64,000 nucleotides of DNA. It comes from an uncultured Phycisphaerales bacterium. GTDB taxonomy: Bacteria > Planctomycetota > Phycisphaerae > Sedimentisphaerales > Anaerobacaceae. The stretch lies in contig CAVYYI010000004.1 in the NCBI GenBank assembly GCA_963772725.1, forward strand, positions 96,001-160,000, read 5' to 3'. Shown here in pieces: positions 54,462-64,000 of this stretch; the stretch's first letter is position 1; every line of letters begins with the position of its first letter. Made by a program: the position numbers and the translations under genes. The notes below the pieces were generated by a model that saw nothing but the letters and a program-made list of their open reading frames with translations, searched no databases and had not been told where the DNA came from.

Positions 54462-55268
54462 TTAATCTTTCCACAATTTCCTATAAAGACCTGAACCGAT
54501 AAATTCTATTAAACCCAAATCTCTTAACTCTTGTAATTGTTGCCTGATTTTCGCGTCAATATTCCTATTTTCAGGATGAAGGATTTGTAATTCATTTCTA
54601 AACTCATACACTGCTCTTAAATCAAATATATTTTGTCGAATCTTTGAAACAACATTAAATGTATCAAGCCTCCAACCCGAAAGTGATTTTGTAATCGTTT
54701 CAATTCCTGCATCATACAAATCGTTTTCTGGCTCTGGGAATATTTCTTTCTCGGTTTTCTCAAACCTGACTTTGTTATCCTTGGGTACTTTTGAGAGGAT
54801 TTCAGCAGTTGTCATAATAATCTCCTCAGTTACAGCAGGAGACATTTCTTTATTTTCAAATAACTCTAAATAATTCTCTTTTAATCTTTTTACAATTTCT
54901 CTGTCTTCAATAATAACTCCGCATTCATAATTATTCTGCATTCCTCCTGATGTAAGATTTGCTGAAGTAACTATCGCTTTTTGAGAATCAAAAATATACG
55001 TTTTTGCATGTAGTCTTGAGAGATTTTTTACTTCAATATCATTCTTAATACAATCCGAAAGAGCCTGAAGGTCTGAAGAACCTCTATAAAAATTTGTCAA
55101 TTTGTAACTTGTAAGCAAAGATATTTTTGAACCGCTGGGTCGATTTTTTATGACCATATTGGTAATGTTATTTTTCACAAATGGGCTTGCAAATAACTGT
55201 TCTTTCGAGGTTTTTACAAGCCCCATAAAAACTTCAATTGCAGGATTAGTTAATACTTCAATTGTCAT
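54462..55268 (-). CDS. PLD nuclease fused to DpnI-type winged-helix domain (putative m6A-dependent type IV restriction enzyme)
   Basis: LHAKTYIFD..TSANLT..NYE; HPENRNIDAKIRQQLQELRDLGLIEF..GLY. Confidence 0.85.
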   Translation of the reverse strand: MTIEVLTNPAIEVFMGLVKTSKEQLFASPFVKNNITNMVIKNRPSGSKISLLTSYKLTNFYRGSSDLQALSDCIKNDIEVKNLSRLHAKTYIFDSQKAIVTSANLTSGGMQNNYECGVIIEDREIVKRLKENYLELFENKEMSPAVTEEIIMTTAEILSKVPKDNKVRFEKTEKEIFPEPENDLYDAGIETITKSLSGWRLDTFNVVSKIRQNIFDLRAVYEFRNELQILHPENRNIDAKIRQQLQELRDLGLIEFIGSGLYRKLWKD

Positions 55269-55606
55269 TATTTTTCCTCTTTTTAAGAGCGTTGCCAAAC
55301 AGACGTTTCTCAATTTCAGTTAGAAGTTGTGTTTTTCCTCCTGCCCATTTGAGAAAGGGTTTAGCATTTACTTTATTTTCACTAATCGAAATCATTATTT
55401 ACTGCCTTTTGGCCGTCTTCGGCGGTTTCCTTATCAAATTTTTTGAGTATTGATTTTCTTGCAAATTATACACCCTATTTTCTCAAACTCAATGGAATTT
55501 TATATCTAAATAAATTAGTAAAATCAGAGTAATCCTCGGGTAAGAAAAATTGGCAGGAATGGGAGTCTCCTGTTCAACTATTCAGTCCGTCTTTGGCGGA
55601 CTGCGG

Positions 55607-55633
55607 GGCCCCAGCCACAGGTGCTGGGGCTAA
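55607..55633 (-). repeat. REP copy 3
   Basis: GGCCCCAGCCACAGGTGCTGGGGCTAA, preceded by palindrome AGTCCGTCTTTGGCGGACT. Confidence 0.8.
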
Positions 55634-55947
55634 ACCTAAGAAAAATCTTTGGGGCGGTGTGGAAAAATTAAGGTGTGATGAGAATGGTTTGAAAGTAGGA
55701 AGGAACGTCTTTTGACGTGCTAAGGCGGGGTTAAGTTTATTCTTGCAAAAATGGGGTGGTTGGATTACAATCCTGTACTATTATTTATAGTACCTTTTTG
55801 TTTAAAGTGCTTTCTATATAGTCAATATTGTAACTGTAGTATTTTTAAGTAGTTACAACTTTTAATTTTAGAATTTTTTTTATTTGAATTTGTTTCGTGC
55901 TTCGAAATTAGTGCTTAGGATTTACTGTTTTTTAATGGGTTAAAGCG

Positions 55948-57376
55948 TTGTTTGAATCCCTGACAGAAAAATTTAATTCGGTGTTCCGGTCGCTGTCCGG
56001 CAGAGGCAGGATTACGGAGGCTAACGTTTCGGATGCTATGCACGAGGTGCGGAAAGCCCTTCTGGAAGCCGACGTTAACTATCAGTGTAGCAAAGCAGTT
56101 CTGTAAAGATGTAGTGCAGGCGGCGGTGGTGCGCGGAGGTTATAAAAAGTCTTCATCCCGGGCAGGTGATGGTCAAGATCGTTCACGATGAACTGACCAA
56201 ACTGATGGGGCCAGTGGACAGCAATATATACTTTGTATCGCCTGGGCCGACGATAATAATGCTGGCGGGTCTTCAGGGCGGCGGTAAAACGACGACGGCA
56301 GGAAAATTAGCCAAATACCTCGTTTCCAAGGGGAAAAAGCCTTTACTGGTGGCGGACGACCTTCAGAGGCCTGCGGCTATCGACCAGTTGAAGGTTCTTG
56401 GCGAGCAGTTGGAAATCAGTGTTTACAGTGAGGACACCAAGGACGCGGTTAAGGTTGCTCAAAACGCTGTTAATTACGCTAAAAGCAATGGTTTTGATGT
56501 TGTTGTACTTGATACGGCGGGCCGGCTTCATATCGATGAAGAGATGATGAACGAGATTGCGAACGTCGCCAAGGCGGTGACGCCGCACCAGATATATCTT
56601 ATTTGCGACGCGATGACAGGCCAGGACGCGGTCAATTCAGCCAAGGAATTTAACCAAAGGCTGGAACTGGACGGCGTTATCCTGACGAAGCTCGACGGCG
56701 ACGCACGAGGCGGCGCGGCGCTGAGCGTTAAGGCTGTGACGGGCAAGCCTATTAAGTTTATCGGCGTGGGTGAAAAGCTGGATAAACTCGAGGAATTTCA
56801 TCCGGACCGGATGGCGGGCAGGATTCTGGGGATGGGCGACGTGGTGACGCTGGTCGAAAAGGCCCAGGAGCAATTCGACGCGGTTGAGGCGGAGAAGCTG
56901 CAAAACAAGATGGCCAAGGGTAGTTTCGATTTCGACGACTTTTTGAAGCAGATGCAGGCCGTCAAGAAGATGGGCGGGATAGAGGATATGCTCAAGATGA
57001 TGCCGGGGATGGGCAGTCAGCTTGGGGATTTGGATGTTGATGATAGGGAAATCAAGCGGATGGAAGGAATTGTGCATTCGATGACGCGCGTGGAGAGGCG
57101 GGACCCGGATGTTATAGATTCATCGAGGAGGAGGCGAATAGCGGGTGGCGCGGGTGTGCAGCCGCAGGATGTCGCCGGGTTGGTCAAGACGTTTACGCGG
57201 AGTCGGGATATGCTCAAGGGGCTTAGCGGCGGTAAGCTGGGCGGGCTTAAAAGCCTGTTCTCTGGCGGATTCGATATGTCGAGCCTTGGGGTGCGATGTC
57301 GGCGGGCAGGAAAATAAAACAGCGGTCGCACCGCAAGAGGGTCATAAAACGGAAAGGGAAAATAGAACGACGATAA
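55948..57376 (+). CDS. ffh: Signal recognition particle protein (apparent frameshifts near 56085, 56130 and 57290)
   Basis: [59 protein letters not shown]. Confidence 0.95.
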
Positions 57377-57754
57377 AACCGAAAATCACGATAGAGCAGT
57401 ATCTGAAAGGATGCAGCCAGATTTGTGGGCAGCGACTATGGTAAACTTGTGCGCAGTCAGTTTGCCGACGTCGAGGGGAACAGCGAACTGGCGATGCTTG
57501 TCGTTCCGAGCAGGGAGGAACTGGCGGAACTTGAGAAGGCGGTGGCGATAATGACGCCGGAAGAAAAGACCAACGCCGATAAGCTTAGCGATGAACAGAT
57601 ACAGAAAATAGCGGCGGACGCCAAGGTGGATCCGGCGAATTTAGCGATTTTTTTTAATGGCTACGCGATGAAGATGCAGACGGGTTTAGACAGTAAGGTA
57701 GGGTTATGCCCCCACCCTACAAAAAATGAGGTGAGATTGGAAAAATTGTGTTAA
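57373..57754 (+). CDS. Stand-alone degenerate SRP M-domain paralog
   Basis: KITIEQYLKGCSQI...ELAELEKAVAIMTPEEKTNADKLSDEQIQKIAADAKVDPANL aligns with the Ffh M domain; needs ATA start and one frameshift at ~57428, else starts at 57425. Confidence 0.6.
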
Positions 57755-57867
57755 TTCGTGTTCATTTGTGGTTAAATCACGGTTTTGTCAAAAAGTAAAC
57801 GCGTTTCGTGAGAGCATAGGGCTTTTCACGAAAATTAATCATAGAAAGTTTAGAAAGGAAAAAAATT

Positions 57868-58257
57868 ATGGCAGTAAAATTGAGAATGACAAGAATCGGG
57901 AGGCGTCATCGTCCTTTTTTCAGGATAAACGCGGTAGATTCACGTACGCCGCGAGATGGTAAAATCCTTGAAAAGCTGGGACATTACGACCCCATCGAGA
58001 AAAACAAAGATAAGCAGGTCGTGCTTGACCTTGAGCGGGTCAAGTACTGGCTTGATAAAGGTGCGATTCCATCGGATACGATTTCGGAACTTCTGCTGCG
58101 CAAGGGCATAAAGCATAAATACGCTGAAGAGAAAACGGCGCGGATAGCAAAGGCAAGGGCGAACGTTCGCGCGAAGGGCCTTCCGTTCAAGAAATCGGAA
58201 AAGCTTGCGGCCGCAGCAGAGAAAAAAGATGAAAAGGCCGACGAGAAGAAAGCATAA
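57868..58257 (+). CDS. rpsP: 30S ribosomal protein S16
   Basis: MAVKLRMTRIGRRHRPFFRINAVDSRTPRDG. Confidence 0.98.
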   Translation: MAVKLRMTRIGRRHRPFFRINAVDSRTPRDGKILEKLGHYDPIEKNKDKQVVLDLERVKYWLDKGAIPSDTISELLLRKGIKHKYAEEKTARIAKARANVRAKGLPFKKSEKLAAAAEKKDEKADEKKA

Positions 58258-58281
58258 AAATCCGGAATGGAAAAGGTGGTA

Positions 58282-58980
58282 ATGAGAATTGATGTTCTTA
58301 CACTTTTTCCCGAGATGTTTGAGACACCACTGAGTTATTCGATATTGAAACGGGCTCAGCAGGCTGGTGTGGTTGAGATAGCTTTGACGAACATTCGGGA
58401 TTTTGCCGCGGACAGCTACAAAAAAGTTGACGATAAACCTTATGGCGGCGGGCCGGGTATGGTAATGATGCCCGGCCCCGTCTTTAACTGCTTCGAACAC
58501 GTCGAAAAATTGTCCGAAGAAAAAGGCAGAGTTATTCTGCTTACACCTCAGGGGCAAAAATTCACACAGGCCAAGGCGACCGAATTAAGCAGGGAAAAAC
58601 GGCTGATTTTAATCGCGGGGCGATACGAGGGTTTTGATGAGCGAATCCGCGGGGGGTTGAATGCTGAGCAGATTTCCATCGGGGATTATGTTCTCAGCGG
58701 GGGCGAATTGCCTGCAATGGTGGTTATCGACGCGGTTGTCAGGCTTCTGGCGGGCGCACTGGGGGATGATGTTTCATCGGTTGATGAATCGTTCAGCGGC
58801 AGGCTGCTCGAATATCCGCAATATACAAGGCCGGAGATTTTTCGCGGGATGAAGGTACCGGAGATTTTGCTTAGCGGCGACCACGGGAAAATTGCCAAGT
58901 GGCGGAAAGAGCAATCGCTCGAACGGACGAAAAAATGGCGTCCCGACTTGCTTGACGGCAATGAAACCGGGAATTTATAA
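58282..58980 (+). CDS. trmD: tRNA (guanine37-N1)-methyltransferase
   Basis: [43 protein letters not shown]. Confidence 0.98.
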   Translation: MRIDVLTLFPEMFETPLSYSILKRAQQAGVVEIALTNIRDFAADSYKKVDDKPYGGGPGMVMMPGPVFNCFEHVEKLSEEKGRVILLTPQGQKFTQAKATELSREKRLILIAGRYEGFDERIRGGLNAEQISIGDYVLSGGELPAMVVIDAVVRLLAGALGDDVSSVDESFSGRLLEYPQYTRPEIFRGMKVPEILLSGDHGKIAKWRKEQSLERTKKWRPDLLDGNETGNL

Positions 58981-58989
58981 GGAGATGAA

Positions 58990-59079
58990 ATGGCGACTTT
59001 TACAAGGCGGGATTTTATAAAAGCCGCTGGTATTACAGCTTTTTCGGCGGCGGTGCCGGGATGTTTTATAGCAATTTAA
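58990..59079 (+). pseudogene. Tat signal-peptide-only mini ORF (29 aa)
   Basis: AAGGAG RBS; MATFTRRDFIKAAGITAFSAAVPGCFIAI*. Confidence 0.5.
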
Positions 59080-59262
59080 GTTTTTATTAAATTTTTTCCA
59101 GTTTTTTAAAACACAAAGGCCTTATGGGACGTATAATGAACAACTGATGTGCTTATAACAGCAACCGTGCGGATTGTACCGCTCATATTCAATCTTCACG
59201 GATTTTATGACGAAAACAAATATGAATCGTATTGTATTTGTATTAGTTGAGAGGATAGAAAA

Positions 59263-59844
59263 ATGGCAAAAGGAAAAAATGTATTTACTACGGGTGATGT
59301 GGCAAAAATCTGTAATGTTGCGCCAAGAACGGTCTCTAAATGGTTTGACGCTGGTCATCTGAAAGGTTACCGGATACCGGGGAGCAAAGACAGACGCATC
59401 CCCATCAGCGAACTTGTCCGCTTTATGAAGGCTCATGAAATCCCTCTGTCTTCGCTTCAGTTGAGCCGCAAGATTCGCGTTCTCATCGTTGACAGCGATA
59501 AAAACAGTGCATCGGCCCTTTCCAAACGGCTGTTAAACAAAACCGATTATGATGTTCAGACCGTTGGCACAAATTTTGAGACCGGTGTTGTCGCTATGCA
59601 ATTCTCGCCGCACGTAATGCTTGTTAATCTTTCGGCTAAAGACATTGATGGCGAGGGAATCTGCGAAGCGATTCATAAAAATCCGGACTTTGCTACCATA
59701 AAAATCATTGCGATTGCTGACAATTTAAGCGGTCAGCAGACTGATGCTCTGCTGCGAAAAGGCTTCGAGTCTGTTGTTGGCGGTACATCTGAGATTGCCG
59801 AGATAATCAAGCAAATCGAGCAGGCCACGGCTATTGTCTATTAG
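59263..59844 (+). CDS. Excisionase-type HTH + receiver-like domain regulator
   Basis: VFTTGDVAKICNVAPRTVSKWFDAG.LKGYRIPGSKDRRIP followed by RVLIVD. Confidence 0.85.
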   Translation: MAKGKNVFTTGDVAKICNVAPRTVSKWFDAGHLKGYRIPGSKDRRIPISELVRFMKAHEIPLSSLQLSRKIRVLIVDSDKNSASALSKRLLNKTDYDVQTVGTNFETGVVAMQFSPHVMLVNLSAKDIDGEGICEAIHKNPDFATIKIIAIADNLSGQQTDALLRKGFESVVGGTSEIAEIIKQIEQATAIVY

Positions 59845-59946
59845 TTAACGGGTGTTGTAAACTTCAGCTTTCATCGAGCAGGCGGAAGATACGCCGATTG
59901 CGCACGGGGCATTTCGTTCAATTCTGTTGTCGCTGCGGTTAATAAC

Positions 59947-59976
59947 TTGACAAACCGACCGCGCCAACGTTTTAAT
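59947..59976 (+). promoter_or_regulatory. Sigma70-type tRNA promoter
   Basis: TTGACA(59947)...TTTAAT(59971). Confidence 0.55.
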
Positions 59977-59990
59977 AGCAGTATATTTTA

Positions 59991-60064
59991 GGGCGCTTAG
60001 CTCAGTTGGTTAGAGCGCACGGATCACACCCGTGAGGTCGAGGGTTCGAATCCCCCATCGCCCA
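59991..60064 (+). tRNA. tRNA-Val(CAC); integration site
   Basis: GGGCGCTTAGCTCAGTTGGTTAGAGCG-CACGG-ATCACAC-CCGTG-AGGTC-GAGGG-TTCGAAT-CCCCC-ATCGCCCA. Confidence 0.92.
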
Positions 60065-60069
60065 TATAC

Positions 60070-60110
60070 ATAAAGCCTTGCAAATCAATGACTTGCAAGG
60101 CTTTATTTTT
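60070..60110 (+). terminator. Hairpin/terminator after tRNA-Val
   Basis: ATAAAGCCTTGCAA...TTGCAAGGCTTTAT followed by TTTT. Confidence 0.65.
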
Positions 60111-60158
60111 GGCATTTTGAATATTAGCTAATTAATTCGAATTATTTTTAGACAGTAT

Positions 60159-60440
60159 TTAGACAGTATTTTCATAACTCCTTATTTTTTCGATTTTTCT
60201 TGGTCGCCCGGGAGTTCGTCTTTTTTCGCCGTTTGTTATCACATACTCCAAGTCAGATTTGCTGAATGCGAGAAACCTCCCAATCTTTCTCGGTTTGAGT
60301 ATCCCCTTCCTGACCATTCTGTAGATAGCTTGTTCCGGATGTGCGAGACCTAACCGGTCAAGACCAAGATAGATAATAGCCTCATCCATCCACAGGATGG
60401 GTGCCCTTTCAATTTGTTTTTCTTTTTCAGTACTATTCAT
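60159..60440 (-). CDS. Excisionase-like HTH protein
   Basis: LWMDEAIIYLG...IYRMVRKGILKPRKIGRFLAFSKSDLE. Confidence 0.75.
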   Translation of the reverse strand: MNSTEKEKQIERAPILWMDEAIIYLGLDRLGLAHPEQAIYRMVRKGILKPRKIGRFLAFSKSDLEYVITNGEKRRTPGRPRKIEKIRSYENTV

Positions 60441-60477
60441 CAGATACTCTGACTCATATTAAAAATAGGCGAGGTCG

Positions 60478-62764
60478 TTACCCACATTTACTGAATCCAC
60501 AATTATCACAGACATTGCAACCTGCCTCTCTTCGTAGTTGAGAATTACATTCGGGACATCTTCGTATAAAAGTTTCCGCCGCTGATACGAAGCCATTACC
60601 CAGAGCTTCTTCCAAAGCTCTGGCAATTGCATCAGGGCAGGAAAGTGCATCGATATCTTTGTTTAGGCTTTTACGTGCAACAGTTGACAGACACCTTCTG
60701 CCTTTAAGCTGCTCTATTAAAATCTCTGGTTTTATTCCGCTTCGTAAGGCAATCGATAGCACACGAGCAGTTGCTTCGCTTTGCGAAGGGCATCCTGCGT
60801 TGCCAAGGTTAGTAAATACTTCAAAGAGTCCTTTGTCGTCTCTGTTCAATGTAATAAAAAGGCTGCCGCAGCCTGTCTTTGCCTTTATGGTAGTTCCAGT
60901 GGTTTTCCTTGGTCGAGCACGCGGTGAGCCTGTGTTTGCAGCAGGTGAGTCAGGTAGTTCATTGACTGCTGACATTACCTGTTTTTCACGACATCCATCG
61001 CGGTAGATTGTGTTTCCCTTACATCTGAGGTCGTATGCAAGCTGAAAAATCTTATCAACATCGTCAACAGTCGCATCATGTGGCAAGTTAACTGTTTTCG
61101 AGACGGCGTTATCTACATTCTCCTGGAATGCTGCCTGGATTTTTACATGCCATTCGGGGGCGATCTGGTGGGCTGTTACTAAAATGTCGGCCAGTTCTTC
61201 TGGAATTTCAGGTATCTGGCTTATGTTCTCTCCTGCCAATAGTTTCGTTTTGACTCTTTCCTCAAGCCAGCCCTGTTCCGTACCCAGCATTTCGAGTAAT
61301 GGATGAATCTGAACGAATTCGACACCGTCAAGAGCTCTTCGTTTGTACGCAAAGCTAAATACCGGTTCTATGCCGCTTGAGCATTTTGCTATGATACTTA
61401 TACTTCCCGTAGGCGCTATCGTGGTACAGGTGGCATTTCTCATTGGGCGTTTATACTTGGTGTCCCAGATGCTTCCTTTCCAATTAGGAAAGGAGCATCT
61501 TTCTTCGGCGAACTGCTGACTTGCGTTATGGGCATGTTCGTTGATAAATCTGCTTAATTTTCGAGCAAACTCAACGGCTTCATTGCTATCATATCTTATG
61601 CCAAGAAGGATAAGGACATCGGCAAATCCCATGATACCAAGACCGATTTTGCGATTGCCAAGTGTCATCTGTTTTATCTTCTCAACCGGCCAGTAATTTG
61701 CGGCATCAATGACGTTATCCAGAAACTTTACCGCTAAAACTATAACTTCAGATAACTTTTCCCAGTCAAGATCGCTGCTATCGGTAAGTACGAACTTCGA
61801 TACATTTATAGAGCCAGATTGCAGGCTTCATAGTCCAGCAGAGGTTGCTCTCCGCACGGGTTAGTAGCATCTATTTTTCCAAGGGCAGGTGTCGGGTTGT
61901 CTTCATTTACCCTATCAATAAAACAGATTCCCGGTTCACCTGTTGCGTGAGCATTTCTGACGATAAGATTCCAGATGTCCCTGACGGTAAAACAATTTTC
62001 CCTGTTTCCATCAGCATCCCTTAAATCCTGAATGGAATATGAGTTCAGATCGATATCTTTGGGGATGATATATCTTTTCTTATTCCGAGGATTGGTGACG
62101 ATATGTACGGTGTCGGGGGCATTTCGAAAAGTATCTATAAAAACATCGGTGACCTTAATGGATATGTTGAAGTTGTTGAAGGCGTCTTTTTGCTGTTTGG
62201 CATTGATGAACTTCAAGATGTCAGGGTATCCACGCTCATCATTGCCATATTTGCACCACGTCTATGGGCACCCTGCTGAATTGCCGTGGTGGTCTCGGCG
62301 ATCACCTTCCAGAAACTCACAGGACCGCTGGTACTGCCGCCGCTTGAGGCAACGATATCTCCGGTAGGCCTTAGTCTGTCAAAGGCAAAACCTGTTCCGC
62401 CTCCTGCCTTCTGAATCTGTGCGGTATTCTTCACTGTCTCGAATATTTCAGCGATACTGTCGTTTACCGGCAGGACAAAACAGGCACTGAGCATGGCATT
62501 TTCTCTTGCTGCGTTCATCAGTGTAGGGCTATTGGGCAGGAACTGTCCCTTTGCCATCAAATCATAGAACTCGGATGCCAACTCGTTCACTTCAGTTTCA
62601 GATGCTCTGTATTTTTTATTAACCGCTGCAATAAACTTCGCTACACGCCAGTACAACTGGTCTGGTGTCTCGATAATGTTGCCATTTGCATCCTTCATTA
62701 CATATCTGCTTTTCAGTACCTCAGCGGCAAGATCATGATTATTTTTATTTACTGTTATAGTCAT
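60478..62764 (-). CDS. nrdJ: Class II (B12-dependent) ribonucleotide reductase (two apparent frameshifts)
   Basis: FLPNSPTLMNA, LSACFV, QGAHRRGANM, TNPCGEQPL, TIAPTGSIS, DNAVSKTVN, SCPD domain and Zn ribbon. Confidence 0.92.
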
Positions 62765-62768
62765 CTGA

Positions 62769-63773
62769 TTATCCTCCGTTTTTACGTGAAGCCAAATGAC
62801 AGTTATTGTCACAGAAACTCGCTATTACCGCCTCTTCACATCCGCAGCCTCTATAGTCATTCTGGTAGGCATATTCCGCCTGTGACTTGATTTCCTTGTC
62901 GGTGATTATGCGTTTGCCATCTTTGGGCCTGTTTTTCTGTGCCCATGCTGTAAGAGTTGTTATTACCAGATCCAAAGGTAGTCCTGTTTTTTTAAGATGA
63001 ATGGCTAATCTGAAAGTACAGACTCTTTGATCGAATGTAACCCCTTCAGTTAATATCTTTCTTATACATGGAGGCAGGCCAAAAGAAGGTTCCGGCGTAT
63101 CATGGCTGGTGTCCTCGGGTTTTTTGGGGGCAGGCTCTGTATTATTTATTTCGAGACCGCAGCTTTGGATAATGGCATCTAAACGGATGGAAGGAACTCT
63201 CTGGACTCTCTGCAGAAGCTCCCACTGGTCCTCGCAAACTTTGACAGGCTCGCCCGGCTCAACAAATACGGTTCTGCCTTTCGGAACAAGTTTGCCAAAT
63301 AAGGGTGCGTTTATGAAATTGCCATAAGAGAGATTATTCAAGCAGTCCTGTTTGGGAAAAATCTCGGTATTGGGTTTTCCCATATCGGCAAGTATCTTTC
63401 TGGCGACGATTCTTGCCTTTTTTGCCTCTACCGGACATTCAAAGAACAGCCACACATGAAAGCCTTTGGATTTGCTGCGTTCTATATATGAGAACATCCC
63501 AAAACGTTTGGCGCCTGCGACAAAGGCTATAGGCAGAGCCAGTTCATCCTCGTCGAAATCCACCGCCAGGGCTTTTGTGTTATCGCCTGTAAGAAGATAA
63601 ATGCCATAAGGCTGAATTCCCCTCAGATGTGCCAGTATAACCTCGTCTGTTACTGGCTCTTTGGCTTGTCTTACCGTACCGGTATCAGGGTCATAAGTTC
63701 CGTAGACATTGTCAAGGCCTGTAAAAAAGCTCTTGTATAGTCTTATCTTCTCAACCGTGTTTAAATTTGACAT
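62769..63773 (-). CDS. Archaeo-eukaryotic primase (TOTE-like) with C-terminal helical domain
   Basis: HLRG..YGIY, VDFD, ERSKSKGFHVWLFF, EIFPKQD, GNFINAPL. Confidence 0.85.
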   Translation of the reverse strand: MSNLNTVEKIRLYKSFFTGLDNVYGTYDPDTGTVRQAKEPVTDEVILAHLRGIQPYGIYLLTGDNTKALAVDFDEDELALPIAFVAGAKRFGMFSYIERSKSKGFHVWLFFECPVEAKKARIVARKILADMGKPNTEIFPKQDCLNNLSYGNFINAPLFGKLVPKGRTVFVEPGEPVKVCEDQWELLQRVQRVPSIRLDAIIQSCGLEINNTEPAPKKPEDTSHDTPEPSFGLPPCIRKILTEGVTFDQRVCTFRLAIHLKKTGLPLDLVITTLTAWAQKNRPKDGKRIITDKEIKSQAEYAYQNDYRGCGCEEAVIASFCDNNCHLASRKNGG

Positions 63774-64000
63774 TGAACCTGCTCCTATAGTTTTATCTGC
63801 TATTTCCTGTTTTCACAGAAATAGCGGATAAGATCGGAGACAAGTTTCAGGAAGAAGGTTTTTTTATAGCGAATCTATGGTTTGCTGCAATATGGAAGTG
63901 GTGTTGACAATGTTGCTCAATAGATAAGGAATTTCATCTACCAGTTGTGTAGGAGGGTAGTTTTGAAGAGCTGGTATCAGGTGTGGTTTATATTTGGCAA

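Larger units (their letters stand above)
60065..64000. mobile_element. Second integrated element (prophage or ICE) at tRNA-Val; continues beyond the window
   Basis: Starts at tRNA 3' end; tandem TTTAGACAGTA arm-like repeats; excisionase, RNR and primase genes. Confidence 0.7.

Noticed and set aside
59263..59844. Excisionase of the tRNA-Val element
   Set aside because: Lies 5' of the tRNA on the host side and is fused to a receiver-like domain, so it is treated as a host regulator
37249..62764. Mass pseudogenisation or programmed frameshifting of host genes
   Set aside because: Scattered single-base indels hit even the essential ffh while the protein motifs stay intact; best explained by assembly errors
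60478..62764. Intron or intein splitting nrdJ
   Set aside because: The fragments are contiguous with no inserted sequence; only frameshifts

Overview
Bacterial chromosome window, most likely a planctomycete of the Phycisphaerae/Sedimentisphaerales type (inferred from DUF1549/DUF1553-DUF1501-PPC genes, a prepilin-type gene, dockerin-like C-termini and an extended ECF sigma factor). Bases 1-~36830 are the right part of a podovirus-like prophage integrated at tRNA-Arg(TCG). It has a P22-like tail/ejection module with a giant polyvalent protein (beta-clamp-like and zeta-toxin-like domains), morons, a divergent genetic switch interrupted by an intact IS21, a replication arm (HD protein, initiator-type tRNA-Met, SNF2 helicase, C5 methylase, VRR-NUC, RecD-like helicase, primase-helicase, putative ori), possible lysis genes, an excisionase and an integrase. 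Bases ~37000-60000 are host genes, including a RAYT/REP locus, a PLD-winged-helix nuclease, ffh plus a stand-alone M-domain paralog, rpsP and trmD. A second element is integrated at tRNA-Val(CAC) from ~60065 to the window end (excisionase, class II RNR, AEP primase). Many single-base frameshifts, even in the essential ffh, point to assembly indel errors rather than true pseudogenes. All family assignments come from motif recognition by eye, not database searches.
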